In this document: positions 41,683-51,122 of the stretch, piece after piece
Position numbering within the stretch: position 1 is the stretch's first letter
Layout of the letters: each line of letters begins with the position of its first letter
Virus record (IMG/VR): IMGVR_UViG_3300043410_001471
Coordinates: 181,437 to 245,436 of that record
DNA length: 64,000 nucleotides
Direction: 5' to 3' (one strand)
Translations under genes and position numbers: made by a program
The notes under the pieces: generated by a model
Told to the model about the DNA's origin: nothing
Seen by the model: the letters and a program-made list of their open reading frames with translations, nothing else
Databases searched by the model: none

Positions 41683-42333
41683 ATGAAACAGGCGGTATTA
41701 CATTTGAGAAATAATATTTTAGATTACTTAGTACAAGGATTCGCATACTTTGTATGTGTATGGATTGTATTTGCACTATGTTTTCAACTATTCTTTGTTT
41801 ACTTACATTTTTCAGGTAAAGATGTTTTGGCAGGCCAGATATCAAATGAAATAATGTGGAGAATTGATGGTACATTCAAAAATAATCCAAACAACATTAT
41901 GTATAACGCCGAAGACCATATATGGGTTGAATCGGTAACCAATCAGGTTAAAATCGGTAAGTTAGCCGGTAATAGAAATTTAGAATTCGGTTTAAAAAAT
42001 ATATTAGAAGAATTTTTACAAGAGAAGGGATTGGATTTAGCTCCATCTGCAACTCAAAGATTAAAAGTGGACATCATTTATTTAGATGTTCTGACTACAA
42101 AAAAGAATATATCAGTATTCCACTCTAATGAGGAGGAAGTTGTTATCCGTTTAAGAGGTACACTCTATAAGGATGGTAAAAAAGACAAAGAGGTTATGGT
42201 TGAAGAAAGTTCATCTGAAATCTCAATGTCAACTCTCATAGTAGATGAAGGTGGTAAGTTCAACCAAACATCATTGTCAAATGCATTGAAAAAAGGTTGC
42301 GATAAACTTATCACTAAACTACTAGGAAAGTAA
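41683..42333 (+). CDS. Membrane-anchored protein, CsgG-like fold suspected
   Basis: N-terminal TM; C-terminus KFNQTSLSNALKK resembles KFNQSTISIATKK of 48381 ORF. Confidence 0.55.
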   Translation: MKQAVLHLRNNILDYLVQGFAYFVCVWIVFALCFQLFFVYLHFSGKDVLAGQISNEIMWRIDGTFKNNPNNIMYNAEDHIWVESVTNQVKIGKLAGNRNLEFGLKNILEEFLQEKGLDLAPSATQRLKVDIIYLDVLTTKKNISVFHSNEEEVVIRLRGTLYKDGKKDKEVMVEESSSEISMSTLIVDEGGKFNQTSLSNALKKGCDKLITKLLGK

Positions 42334-42334
42334 A

Positions 42335-43987
42335 ATGAAAAAATTAATTATGTTTTTAGGGATACTATTGATATCCTTAACTTCTTATGGACAATTGACA
42401 ATCAGTCAATCTCTATCACCTAACTCAAATTTAAAAGTGGGTGATACTATTACAGTATCTTACAATTTAACCAAAGGACAGGTAATCAAAAATCCTCGTT
42501 ATCTTTGGTTTAGATATCAGTACAATAACAAAGCATTGGCTTATGTATCTACTGCATTTAATCAAGGAACATCTGCACAAACTTTCTACACTGGTTGGAG
42601 TAACTACAAATTTACTTTCAATGGTGGTGCGAGTGATAATGATTTAGATGTTCAGTACGGATTGACCCCTTGGAATTATGCAGTAAACGCAGATTGGAAT
42701 GTTGGACAATTGACAGTTCAAAGAGCAGATGCATCTATTAGTGGTTTAATTGCTACTCAAAAGTATATCTTAAAAGACCAAAACACTTACAACAACATTT
42801 TCAAAATAGATTTAGCAACTGGTACTGATACAACAGGTGCAGCGGTTGGAACAATCTATGGTGGTGGTTGGTCATCATTGGTAGGTGTAAAAGGTAATAC
42901 ATCTCAATTCAAAGTAAAAGTTCTTTATCCACAAGGATACACTATTACTGACCATAGTGTTCAATTAATGAGATTGAAATCGGATGGTAGTGGTATGATT
43001 GATTGGTCACAACAACCTATTGCACAATTACCATTGGATGCAAGTGGTGAAGCACTTTTCACAACACAAGTTAAAGTTGGTGATTCAGTTGGTGTATTTG
43101 TTGGACCTGCATTTCAAAAAAGTTGGATGAATAACATTGTGACCGTATCCGATGCATATAAGGCATTTTTAGGACATGCACAAACTGATATTAGTGGAAC
43201 TGCAAACTTCTTTACATATCCTACATTGGAAAAAAGAGTTGGTAAAATAACCACTAATTCAAATCCATTTGGTGAAGGTGATTCATATGCATTATTTGCA
43301 CATGTAATGGGACAAGATATGACATCAGTATCAATGATTCCAACATCAACATCATCATCTATTAGATGGCAAAGTGGTTTGTTGAATCAAAGTTGGTTAG
43401 ATGGCACACCTACAAGTAGAGTGTTAATTGATTCTCCTATAAAAGAAGTATACGCAGTATATGCTTGGGGTGGTGATTTAAACTGGTCACACTCATCAGA
43501 ACCATCTGCGATTGTAGCTAAAATAAGTGCAGGACAATATACAAATGCAGTAAGTGATAAATCGGTAAATACAATCAAATCTATGAGTACTGCTCCAATG
43601 GCATACCAAACTTTGGCAGTAGAAACGGCTAAATTAAGTGTAACATCTACATTGGAAGGTGGTAAAGTAGTATTAACTACAAATTTAACAAAAGAAGGTT
43701 TAGCAGGTTTACAAGTGATTATGAACTACGATGAATCTAAATTAACATTGGATAATGTGATATTTGATGCAGGAAGTACAATCACAAACTTCTCAACACA
43801 TAAAGATGGTAGATTAACATTTGGTTCTATTGACCAATTGAAAACTGCGAGAATCAAAGTTGGTACTCCATACAAATTAATATTCACACCAAAAACACCA
43901 TTAACAAATACAGCAGGATTATTCTATTTTGTATTATCGGATGCAGTAGATGCTAGTGGTAATAAAATCGACTTAATAGTTGAATAA
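42335..43987 (+). CDS. Secreted beta-rich protein with cohesin-like domain(s)
   Basis: Signal peptide (SYG|Q); GLQVIMNYDESKL cohesin-like strand pattern. Confidence 0.65.
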   Translation: MKKLIMFLGILLISLTSYGQLTISQSLSPNSNLKVGDTITVSYNLTKGQVIKNPRYLWFRYQYNNKALAYVSTAFNQGTSAQTFYTGWSNYKFTFNGGASDNDLDVQYGLTPWNYAVNADWNVGQLTVQRADASISGLIATQKYILKDQNTYNNIFKIDLATGTDTTGAAVGTIYGGGWSSLVGVKGNTSQFKVKVLYPQGYTITDHSVQLMRLKSDGSGMIDWSQQPIAQLPLDASGEALFTTQVKVGDSVGVFVGPAFQKSWMNNIVTVSDAYKAFLGHAQTDISGTANFFTYPTLEKRVGKITTNSNPFGEGDSYALFAHVMGQDMTSVSMIPTSTSSSIRWQSGLLNQSWLDGTPTSRVLIDSPIKEVYAVYAWGGDLNWSHSSEPSAIVAKISAGQYTNAVSDKSVNTIKSMSTAPMAYQTLAVETAKLSVTSTLEGGKVVLTTNLTKEGLAGLQVIMNYDESKLTLDNVIFDAGSTITNFSTHKDGRLTFGSIDQLKTARIKVGTPYKLIFTPKTPLTNTAGLFYFVLSDAVDASGNKIDLIVE

Positions 43988-43988
43988 T

Positions 43989-46283
43989 ATGAAACACTTA
44001 TTAGTTACATTATTCTTATTCATATCATTTTTAGGGTTCGGACAGAGTGTATCTGCTCCGGACTCTAAATCGTTTATACCATCCACAACTGCACAAGATG
44101 CAAGTGGATTTGTATTGAGTGGATTCAATTCTACATCAACTCTATTAGCATCAATCAGTTTAGTAGAATACCCATCAGGTACTACATTCTATCTAACTAC
44201 CACAACAGGTTTAACTGCGGCAAGTGGATTTACATTGTCGGGAAATAAAACTCGATTAGTTGTAACGGGAACGATGGCTAATATCAATACGGCATTGGCA
44301 TCCCTAAAAGTAAATACTGGTTCGGTAGTAGGAAATGTTAAATTATCAGTAGCAGCAACAGTCAATCCAATCGGTTACTATTATAATGGTGTAAACGGAC
44401 ACTTTTACAAACCTGTATATCCTGGAACAACTTATACTAATGCAAGAGCAATATCTTTAACAACAACATTCAAAGGACAACAGGGATATTTGGTAACAAT
44501 TACATCAGCTTCGGAAGATGCTTTTATTCAAGCCAATGTTCCTCAAACCAATATATGGTTCGCCGCAACGGATGAAGTAATAGATGGAACTTGGGTAATA
44601 GATGCTGGTCCTGAAAAGGGAACTGTAATGAAAACAAGGAATGGTAATCTTAATGGAAACATTCCAGGTGTATATAACAACTGGGCAAGTGGTGAACCAA
44701 ATGGTAGTAATCATACTGAGGATTATGCGGTAACAAAATGGAATGGTAATTTATGGAACGATTTAAATAACAATTGGAATAATGCGTATGTAATTGAATA
44801 TGGAACTTGGAGTAATCCAGATGACCAAACATTTACCGAATTTTATACCAATTCAGTAAATCACTCAAATGGCTCAGTATTAAGAACTCAATTTAATTTT
44901 GATTTTGGTGGGAATGTAGATGAAACTAAATTCTCAGCAAAAGCAAACACTTATGTAAATAATGTATGGGGAACAACAAATTCAACTGCAAGAGCATTAA
45001 GTGGGTTAGGTAAAGTTGATATTACAAGTGATTTGGATACTGTTAAAATAAGTGGTAATGGTGTAAAAGCATCAACAACTGCTGGATATGCTGAATGGTG
45101 TGTAATATACGAATATGAAGTAACAAACCAAAGATATAGAGTTGGAATCGATAGTAGAGAGGTTACAGGTATTTTATCTGACCCATCAACAATCAGTAGT
45201 TTACAATTATTTGATTTATGGAATGGACCAGTTACCTATGGTAGTTATGACTCGAATGGTTGGACAGAGGTTTATATCTATACCACAACACCATTGAATT
45301 TCGCTGGTTCATCTTATACATCTAATATTAGAAATGGTGGTTCATATTATGCATTAACTGCAGAATTTACATTTTCACCAATTCAAAGTTACAAACAACA
45401 TGGAATTGAAATTGTTGCGAATTCACAAACTGAATTAAACACTTTATATACGAATATTGTAACAGTATCAGATGTTTATTTAGCATTTAAAGAATTATCG
45501 AATGGTGGTATATTGGGAAACCAAAGTGGATTGGAATTTGGAAATGGTATCCAATATATGAATGCGGATGTGGATGGTAATGGTTCATTTAATGAAGCAG
45601 ATACTTACAAACTATTACAACATTTGAGTGGGATTGCACCACTAACACAATATTCAGCATTAACTTATTTGATGAAATTATATAACAAATCAGATTATGA
45701 TGTAATAACAAAATCAAATTGGAATACACAATTAAATTCAACAAGAAGTTTGATTCCATTTAATTTGAACACTGGTGCATTGAATAACACTTACAATATA
45801 AATGTAACATGGGTAGGTGATGTAAACCTTTCACATTCAGCACAACAAACCCAAAGTAGTGTTGCAACTAATTCAATTAGAACTATGAGTTTGACAACTA
45901 ATTCGGTTTCAAATATCATAAACGCAGAATTGATGGGCGAAAATGTGGGTGGTAAGTTAGTTGTAACAATTACATTAGACCCGTTACAACAAGAAGTGGT
46001 TGGAACTCAATTTAATTTGAATTATGATAATACTGCTCTTAAATTTGAAAAAGTAGATTTTGTAACAAAGGGTAATCCTACCAATTTTGGAACTGATAAG
46101 GGAACATCTATAATATTTGGTTCTTTAATTACGGATGGTTCAACTACATTGGATAAAACGACTCAATACAAAATAACATTTGCACCACTAATGATGCTAG
46201 GTGATAATTTGGGATTAACATCTATATCACTAACTGATGCGGTTAATAAGAATGGTACACAATTAAAAGTAAAGTTAAACTAA
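43989..46283 (+). CDS. Secreted protein: C-type lectin + dockerin/EF-hand-like + cohesin-like domains
   Basis: Signal peptide (GFG|Q); YLVTITS..WF..W..YNNWASGEPN..WNDL lectin motif; DVDGNGSFNEAD; GTQFNLNYD. Confidence 0.75.
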   Translation: MKHLLVTLFLFISFLGFGQSVSAPDSKSFIPSTTAQDASGFVLSGFNSTSTLLASISLVEYPSGTTFYLTTTTGLTAASGFTLSGNKTRLVVTGTMANINTALASLKVNTGSVVGNVKLSVAATVNPIGYYYNGVNGHFYKPVYPGTTYTNARAISLTTTFKGQQGYLVTITSASEDAFIQANVPQTNIWFAATDEVIDGTWVIDAGPEKGTVMKTRNGNLNGNIPGVYNNWASGEPNGSNHTEDYAVTKWNGNLWNDLNNNWNNAYVIEYGTWSNPDDQTFTEFYTNSVNHSNGSVLRTQFNFDFGGNVDETKFSAKANTYVNNVWGTTNSTARALSGLGKVDITSDLDTVKISGNGVKASTTAGYAEWCVIYEYEVTNQRYRVGIDSREVTGILSDPSTISSLQLFDLWNGPVTYGSYDSNGWTEVYIYTTTPLNFAGSSYTSNIRNGGSYYALTAEFTFSPIQSYKQHGIEIVANSQTELNTLYTNIVTVSDVYLAFKELSNGGILGNQSGLEFGNGIQYMNADVDGNGSFNEADTYKLLQHLSGIAPLTQYSALTYLMKLYNKSDYDVITKSNWNTQLNSTRSLIPFNLNTGALNNTYNINVTWVGDVNLSHSAQQTQSSVATNSIRTMSLTTNSVSNIINAELMGENVGGKLVVTITLDPLQQEVVGTQFNLNYDNTALKFEKVDFVTKGNPTNFGTDKGTSIIFGSLITDGSTTLDKTTQYKITFAPLMMLGDNLGLTSISLTDAVNKNGTQLKVKLN

Positions 46284-46624
46284 TGAAGAAGATAATATTA
46301 ATATCGTTAATTTTGTTAGTAGGATGTACTAAACCAGAATTACCAACACCAGTATTGCCTGTTGAAAAAATATTTAATGCAACTGAAAGTTCAGTAACAA
46401 ATGGACAATCTATACACTTTGATTTACCATCGGTAGGAGTGTATACATTAACTTTAATAGATAAAGAAAGTGGGCAAGTTGTAAGTAGAGAAAGATTTAA
46501 TGGTATAAGTGGTGAAAATGTAAAAAAGATTTATACGAAATCATTACAAAGTAGATATTTATATTTGTTATTGGAAGATGTTACTAAAAAAGAATTAGGT
46601 AAAACAACAATAATAATAAACTAA
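46283..46624 (+). CDS. Lipoprotein with T9SS-CTD-like Ig domain
   Basis: Lipobox LLVG|C; C-terminal ~70-aa beta-sandwich pattern. Confidence 0.6.
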   Translation: MKKIILISLILLVGCTKPELPTPVLPVEKIFNATESSVTNGQSIHFDLPSVGVYTLTLIDKESGQVVSRERFNGISGENVKKIYTKSLQSRYLYLLLEDVTKKELGKTTIIIN

Positions 46625-46993
46625 ATGAAAAAATTAATTTTAACATTTGCGATAGCAGCTTTATTGGTAGGATGTAGTAAAGAAGATATCATCCCAACAC
46701 CTCAATCGGTATCGGAAGATTTGAAGATTGCAAGTTCGGTGGGTATCAAAGTACAATCACACTTTGTAACATCGGAAGTTGCAATGAATGTAAAAACTGA
46801 AACTGCTCAATCAGTAACGATTAAAATATTCGATATTGGAAATAGAGTAGTATCAAAAGAAACAATGAATGTAGTAGCAGGTGATAATGTACTTAAAGTA
46901 TATACATCAGCATTACCATCATCTGCATATAGAATAGGATTATTCGATGCAAGTGGTAGACAATTAGGAATAACAGATTTTAACAAATTATAA
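46625..46993 (+). CDS. Lipoprotein with T9SS type-A sorting-domain-like C-terminus
   Basis: Lipobox LLVG|C-SKED; IKIFDIGNRVV..G.N..LPSSAY. Confidence 0.7.
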   Translation: MKKLILTFAIAALLVGCSKEDIIPTPQSVSEDLKIASSVGIKVQSHFVTSEVAMNVKTETAQSVTIKIFDIGNRVVSKETMNVVAGDNVLKVYTSALPSSAYRIGLFDASGRQLGITDFNKL

Positions 46994-47006
46994 AAAACAA
47001 TTTACA

Positions 47007-47327
47007 ATGGCAGAAGAACAAGAAGAAAAAGGTGGTACTTCAATTAAAAGTATCTTAATCGGTTTAGTGAGTACTATCACATTAGGAGTTGGTGGTTTCA
47101 TTACAAACAAATTAACAGGTGGTGAAGAAGAAAAACCTGCAGTACAACAAGCTGCACCTGTTATCAATATTCAAAACACTCAAAATCAATCTCAATCGGC
47201 AGGTGGTAAGACTGTAATCATTAAAGAGAAAGCAGTTGGTGGTGGAAATGCTCAACCAGCACAACCTCAACCAAAGCCTAAGAAGAAAGAAGGCGATGAG
47301 TTCAAAGAAGAAGCACCAAAGTGGTAA
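47007..47327 (+). CDS. Single-TM protein with Gln/Pro-rich tail
   Basis: Hydrophobic segment at residues ~14-33. Confidence 0.7.
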   Translation: MAEEQEEKGGTSIKSILIGLVSTITLGVGGFITNKLTGGEEEKPAVQQAAPVINIQNTQNQSQSAGGKTVIIKEKAVGGGNAQPAQPQPKPKKKEGDEFKEEAPKW

Positions 47328-47416
47328 TTTATAAATTAGGCGTAGTTGTAGTTATGTTAATGTTATTAGCAAGTGCAATCTATGTAGGATTAAAACAACA
47401 AAAAGAAAATGAGTAA
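47321..47416 (+). CDS. 31-aa single-TM microprotein, absent from the ORF track
   Basis: GTG start; VIYKLGVVVVMLMLLASAIYVGLKQQKENE; overlaps both neighbours. Confidence 0.45.
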   Translation: MVIYKLGVVVVMLMLLASAIYVGLKQQKENE

Positions 47417-48014
47417 TCAACAACCGCCAAGCGGATTTAAGGATTTATTAAATTCAATGATGTCCAGAAGATGGTACATCACTGCGTTAGTATTGGGTTC
47501 ATTCATATTAATCATCGGAGGTATTTTCGGTGCAATTACATCGAATACGGCAGCATCGGCAGAATGGAAAGAACTTCTATTATTAATGTTGGGTGCTTTC
47601 ATTGGTTCTTATGGTAAAATCATTGACTATTGGTTTAGTGATACCGATAAGGATAAAATGTTAGTTCAGAAAATGGATGAAGAAGATGGTACATCGTTAA
47701 GTAATACGGCGGATATGCCAGATACTCCAATCGTTCCTATGAGTGTAGCACCATTAGTATTACCAAATACCGAAGAATCAGTAGTATCACTACCAAAAAC
47801 TGAAGAAAAACAAACCGAAAAGAAAGGTGTTGAAATTGATGAAGATGGCGATGGCGTAATGGATGGTTTAGATTTCGATGGTGATGGTAAGATTGATGAA
47901 TACTTCGCACATAGACAATGTGAGCATGTATGGGGAGATTTGGATGGCGATGGTGAAGAAGAATGTTTAAAATGTGGTAAAATCAGAGATGATGATGCCG
48001 AAATGGTAGGATAA
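47409..48014 (+). CDS. Two-TM protein with DxDGDG (Ca-binding-like) repeats
   Basis: Two TM helices; DEDGDG, DFDGDG, DLDGDG; CEH..CLKC. Confidence 0.7.
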   Translation: MSNQQPPSGFKDLLNSMMSRRWYITALVLGSFILIIGGIFGAITSNTAASAEWKELLLLMLGAFIGSYGKIIDYWFSDTDKDKMLVQKMDEEDGTSLSNTADMPDTPIVPMSVAPLVLPNTEESVVSLPKTEEKQTEKKGVEIDEDGDGVMDGLDFDGDGKIDEYFAHRQCEHVWGDLDGDGEEECLKCGKIRDDDAEMVG

Positions 48015-48051
48015 ATAGGTTACATAGTATTAACAATTTAAATGTAAAACT

Positions 48052-48309
48052 ATGACTTTTAAAGAATGGGTAATTGATTTATTCAAAGATGAAAGAGGAG
48101 CAATATCAGTAAAACCTGTAATTGCATTCGTTGGAGCATTATTCTTATGTGGAACAATGTTAGTGAACTCTTTCTCACATGGTGATATCAAACCAGCAGC
48201 AGAATTGGTAAACGCAGTAATGGTAATCACAGCAATCGGAATGGGAGCTGATACATTAGATAAGTTTACACATAAAAAGAGTGAACCTAAAGAAGAAGAA
48301 TTAGGATAA
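48052..48309 (+). CDS. Small two-TM membrane protein (holin-like)
   Basis: Two hydrophobic helices, charged C-terminus. Confidence 0.6.
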   Translation: MTFKEWVIDLFKDERGAISVKPVIAFVGALFLCGTMLVNSFSHGDIKPAAELVNAVMVITAIGMGADTLDKFTHKKSEPKEEELG

Positions 48310-48318
48310 TAATTGAAA

Positions 48319-48346
48319 AGGGAGAACATAGTTTCTCCCTTTTTTT
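48319..48346 (+). terminator. Rho-independent terminator
   Basis: AGGGAGAA/TTCTCCCT stem + T-run. Confidence 0.8.
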
Positions 48347-48380
48347 ATACTTATACATAAACGAACAAACTCATTTATGT

Positions 48381-49103
48381 ATGAAAAATTTATTAGTATT
48401 ATTAAGTTTCTTTTTGTTAAGCAGTGTTGCGGGTGTTGCTCAAACAATAGGAAGCACTAAAACAGAGCAGTACAAAGCATCCTTCGAAACAAAATCGGAC
48501 ATTAGTCAATTTTTAAATTATGAAGGAAAGCAAATTCCGATTCAAATCCTTAAATGTGGTATTGGTGATGAAGTTTATGACCAATATCCGGAGCTCAAGG
48601 AAAAGAGAGTTGGTTTGGGTGTGGCTAATATCACGCTTGAATATTTGGATAATCTTAACCGATTTACATTTACGGAAGATAAAACTGAAATTAAAAACAG
48701 AATGGTTAAGCAGTTTCAGGCATCTCAAGCAGGCATTTCGGAAGATAAATTGGATGGTAGAGGAAAAATCCGTTTAGCACATTACTTTGTTGAAATAGAA
48801 GTATATGACTATTCCGTTTCCGAAGATGAAACAATCAATTTAAAAGATGGTATCAAAGATAATATGGTAACTCGTTTAGGTTTACAGGTTAGATTCACAA
48901 ACGCAGAGAATGGTACTATTATCGCAGCATCTGGTTTAGGTGAAGCAACTACAAAAAGAGAATTAACTCTATTATCAGATGCAACTATTGACCCTATAAA
49001 ATTCAACCAATCAACTATTAGTATTGCAACAAAGAAAGCATTGGATATCGCTTGTGCAAATATATTAGGTAAAATGGTTAAAAAGGGAGTATTTGAAAAA
49101 TAA
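48381..49103 (+). CDS. CsgG/HfaB-family protein
   Basis: Signal peptide (GVA|Q); LGLQVRFTNAENGTII..SGLGEA CsgG-like strand. Confidence 0.65.
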   Translation: MKNLLVLLSFFLLSSVAGVAQTIGSTKTEQYKASFETKSDISQFLNYEGKQIPIQILKCGIGDEVYDQYPELKEKRVGLGVANITLEYLDNLNRFTFTEDKTEIKNRMVKQFQASQAGISEDKLDGRGKIRLAHYFVEIEVYDYSVSEDETINLKDGIKDNMVTRLGLQVRFTNAENGTIIAASGLGEATTKRELTLLSDATIDPIKFNQSTISIATKKALDIACANILGKMVKKGVFEK

Positions 49104-49108
49104 TTATT

Positions 49109-49327
49109 ATGAAATATATTACATTCCTTATATTCTTATTTTTAGTTAGTTGTACGCCTGTTAGAAAAGTAAATGTTTATAGCAAACACAATTATTATCA
49201 AAGACATAGAACCAACACATATACATCTCCAACTTGGATTCCAGGTAGAGGTATCATATTGGAAACACATATACATAAGTTACCCAAAAGAAGTTACGCC
49301 CCTAAAGTTAGAAGAGGAAGGCATTAA
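49109..49327 (+). CDS. Small basic lipoprotein
   Basis: Lipobox FLVS|C. Confidence 0.65.
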   Translation: MKYITFLIFLFLVSCTPVRKVNVYSKHNYYQRHRTNTYTSPTWIPGRGIILETHIHKLPKRSYAPKVRRGRH

Positions 49328-50868
49328 TGAAAAAATGGTTAGTAAGTTTATCAATAATGGTTATGTTCATATTTGCTCAAGAAGCGAAAGGGCAAACCTA
49401 TACCCAAACATTCGTAGATAAATGTAGTGGACAAATCAAAACGGCAACAACTACTATGGTTAATGGTAACGCCGTTGTTTCCTTTTATGACCAAGTTAAA
49501 GTATTTACTCCATTGGAAGTACAAAGTGGAGCAGTTAAACTTTGGTTAAACGCAACATATTTAGCATATTCAACAATGGGTTGTCCTACTAACATAGTAG
49601 TTCAGCAAACAGTCCAACAAACTGTAAATAACGCAGTATCACAGGCAGCATCATCTGCGGCAACTCAAGCGGCTAGTGCGGCAGCAAGTTCAGCAGCTTC
49701 ATCAGCTGCGAGTTCAGCCGCATCAACTGCAGCAAGTTCAGCCGCAAGTTCGGCGGCATCTTCATCGGCATCTACGGCAGCAAGTAATAGTGCAAGTTCA
49801 GCGGCATCATCATCCGCTAGTTCTGCATCATCAACTGCGGCAAGTAGTGGTGCAACGGCATCTACATCATCAACTGCTTCAACTCCACCACCAGCAAGTA
49901 GTAGTTCATCATCTACGAATTCATCGAGTAGCAGTTCATCGAATAATAGTAATTCATCATCATCTTCATCCGAAACTAAATCGGAAAGTAGTAGTTCATC
50001 ATCATCTTCATCTGAATCAAAATCAGAGACTAAATCGGAAACAAAGAGTGAATCTAAATCCGAATCAAAATCTGAAAGTAAGAGTGAGGAAAAGAAAGAG
50101 GAATCTAAATCAGAATCTAAAAAGGAAGAGAAAAAAGAAGAATCTAAAAAAGAAGAAAAGAAAGAGGAGAAGAAGGAAGAGAAAAAAGAGGAAAAGAAAC
50201 AAAAGGCTCAAAATATGAATCCGTTGTTAATAGCATCGGATTTAACAACCGCTGAAGACCAGGATGGTACATACAATGCAATCGCATCGGTAGGTATTAG
50301 TAGAAGTTCAATGGCTGGAGATGTAACCTATTCCCTAAACTCTATGATATGGAGTTCATTAGACCAATTCGCATTAAGTAGTGGTATAACTAAAATGAAC
50401 TTTGAAGGTGGTAAGTTATCATCTATCAATTCATACTCATTGACATCGGCATATCTTAAAGGTAGTTGGATGGGATTGATGGGGTATACCTATATCAAAC
50501 CACATCCTAAATTGGGAGTATATGGATACAATGTGGGAGCAGTGATGTTAATGATGCCAGGTAGTAAACAAAAATGGGATGTATCCCTATCTACATCGGC
50601 AGTAGCATTTTGGACCAAACCATTTCAGTATAGTAAGAAATTAACACTTTCACCGCAAGTATTCGCAATGTATTCTCCAATTGGATATAATACATTTACC
50701 GGAAATACTGCAGTAGGTAGACACTTTGGATTTTTGGTAGGTTCTTCGGTTGATTATAAAATCAGTAGAAGATTTGGATTCTCATTTAACTATAAGTTGA
50801 ATATGAATACACAACCTGGTCAGAAATTTACAAGTAACTTTTTGATTGGAACAAGAATGATGCTTTAA
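49327..50868 (+). CDS. Secreted protein with Ser/Ala and Glu/Lys low-complexity stalk and beta-barrel-like C-terminus
   Basis: Signal peptide (AKG|Q); ASSAA and KKEE repeats; amphipathic beta-strands in the last ~210 aa. Confidence 0.75.
   Translation: MKKWLVSLSIMVMFIFAQEAKGQTYTQTFVDKCSGQIKTATTTMVNGNAVVSFYDQVKVFTPLEVQSGAVKLWLNATYLAYSTMGCPTNIVVQQTVQQTVNNAVSQAASSAATQAASAAASSAASSAASSAASTAASSAASSAASSSASTAASNSASSAASSSASSASSTAASSGATASTSSTASTPPPASSSSSSTNSSSSSSSNNSNSSSSSSETKSESSSSSSSSSESKSETKSETKSESKSESKSESKSEEKKEESKSESKKEEKKEESKKEEKKEEKKEEKKEEKKQKAQNMNPLLIASDLTTAEDQDGTYNAIASVGISRSSMAGDVTYSLNSMIWSSLDQFALSSGITKMNFEGGKLSSINSYSLTSAYLKGSWMGLMGYTYIKPHPKLGVYGYNVGAVMLMMPGSKQKWDVSLSTSAVAFWTKPFQYSKKLTLSPQVFAMYSPIGYNTFTGNTAVGRHFGFLVGSSVDYKISRRFGFSFNYKLNMNTQPGQKFTSNFLIGTRMML
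49640..50200 (+). repeat. Coding low-complexity tandem repeats (ASSAA / SES(K) / KKEE)
   Basis: Degenerate codon-level repeats inside the 49327 ORF. Confidence 0.85.
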
Positions 50869-50990
50869 TCCAATTTTAAAGGTTCAGTATGTTCTCTTTG
50901 TTTTCTGAATCCATACTCTTTTGTTGTTTTTGAAATCATCGCTCCGAATGAGCTACACATTAATGTAAGGGCTATAAGTAAGTTTATCAT
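50865..50990 (-). CDS. Possible 41-aa membrane peptide (only plausible minus-strand CDS)
   Basis: MINLLIALTLMCSSFGAMISKTTKEYGFRKQREHTEPLKLD fills an otherwise empty gap. Confidence 0.35.
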   Translation of the reverse strand: MINLLIALTLMCSSFGAMISKTTKEYGFRKQREHTEPLKLD

Positions 50991-51122
50991 ATATTATATT
51001 ATTTTAATATATATATCGACCTAAATTGTAAAAAAGTAAGAAAAATAGGATTTTCCAAATAAGTTGATGAAAGTTCCTTAAATTGTACAATTATATATTT
51101 ATTCAAAATTAAACACAAATAA

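Noticed and set aside
49640-50200. Repeat-like DNA as a possible CRISPR array or VNTR
   Set aside because: Degenerate codon repeats inside a CDS; no constant repeat with unique spacers
49676-50218. 180-aa Gln/His/Arg-rich alternate-frame ORF
   Set aside because: By-product of the low-complexity Ser/Ala/Glu/Lys repeat in the real frame
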